Of a stretch of DNA of 64,000 bases, positions 62,874 through 64,000 are shown one piece after another; position 1 is the stretch's first letter; each line of letters begins with the position of its first letter. Below the pieces are notes generated by a model. It saw nothing but the letters and a program-made list of their open reading frames with translations, had not been told where the DNA came from and searched no databases. Both the position numbers and the translations under genes were made by a program. Source of the stretch: Octopus sinensis. Lineage: Eukaryota. The DNA lies in NCBI RefSeq assembly GCF_006345805.1, contig NC_043022.1, forward strand, positions 15,996,001 to 16,060,000, given 5' to 3'.

Positions 62874-64000
62874 GTTTAAAGTACCAATGTAGTAGTGAGC
62901 AGACACTAATGCCCTCTCCTCTCTCCTAACCAGGACTCAGTGAAATACTGAGGATGTGGTAGCTGGAGTGAGAGAGAAGACTACCCTAGTACTCATTTTC
63001 ACTGGAGCAACATGAAATGAGGTCCCTTGCACAAGGTTACAATGCACTGCCTGGCCTAGAAATTGAACCCACAATCTTATATCTAGTCTAATCTAGTGAT
63101 GCGCTGCCCTTGGGCAGGTCCTGTGTATGTGAACCTTCTCTAGTCCTCTCTCTATATAACTTAAGAAGGTCTGTACTCTCTCCTGTTAAGTAGATTACTG
63201 GAACTTCAGCGGCCATAACTAGACTTGTGATGAATACTGGAGTGATTTCCCATTGCCTTCTGCAGGCAGGTGGGATTTGAACTCAGAATCCAGAGAGCTG
63301 GAAGATGTACCATAAAGCATTTCTGTTGATGTGCCAATGATTCTGCAATTCTCCCACCAACAGAGCAAAGTGATATGAAGTATTTTTTCTCAAGAGCACA
63401 ACATGCTGCCTGGTCTGAGAATTGAACCAATGACCTTGAAATTGTAAGTGCAGCACCTTAACCACTAAGCCATGGGCCTTCACCAATCTTCCATCTATTA
63501 ATAAATAAATGAAATACAAACATGGCCCGGTAGTTAGGCAGCTGGACTCTTGATTATGAGGTCATGGGTTTGATTCCTTGTATGGGAGGCACCTAACCTC
63601 ACATTACTGCAATCCTCTCAGCTGGCCAAAACTAAGTATCAAAACTGACAGAGTGCTTGGTCAGTGTTAAAAATAGTATGGCAGCATTAATGAATTGGTG
63701 GTTTGACCAAAAACCTTCAGATATGATGGGAGATCCAACACAAGGTCCAGTCCTTTTAAGGGTATGGTGGCTTGTATGCCTTAAGGACCCTGAGAACAAT
63801 GCCTGTAGAGTGCAAGTTCCTGGTAGGACCTCCCATGCTGGACAGGGGTCAAAAGACTGAGACCAAACTAATAAGGATAGCCCTTTCCCCAGGGGTAAAA
63901 AAACAGGTTTGCATAGGGCCAAGATCCTCACCTGGGAAAAAAGCCGAGTTACAGAAACATCAATGACAATTGAAAACCAGCAACACATGAGAGGGGAAGG

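Noticed and set aside
63521-63590. tRNA-like sequence
   Set aside because: Degenerate A/B boxes with no complete cloverleaf or acceptor stem; consistent with a SINE head relic. The same applies to the other SINE heads.

Overview
AT-rich, intron-rich animal genomic DNA, most likely an octopus. This is inferred from the dense tRNA-derived SINE families with (CAT)n tails, the TA/CA microsatellites and the gene content. I reconstructed three protein-coding genes by hand, with consistent splice phases. (1) CPLANE2/RSG1 ciliary small GTPase on + (5 coding exons, 2539-6719, 257 aa); its 4th intron is a minor-spliceosome (U12-type) intron with rare AT-AG termini. (2) DNAJC11 on - (15 coding exons in the window, 61635 down to 13947; the first J-domain exons lie beyond 64000). 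(3) A 7-exon, 611-aa MADF-MADF-BESS putative transcription factor on - (45426 down to 30883), nested on the same strand inside a 23.2-kb DNAJC11 intron. The rest is SINEs, CR1 and RTE LINE fragments, hAT MITEs with 8-bp TSDs, Helitron-like and Penelope-like elements (one with a minimal hammerhead ribozyme motif), several long inverted repeats, and micro/minisatellites. Nearly all ORFs in the supplied six-frame track are spurious repeat or microsatellite ORFs.
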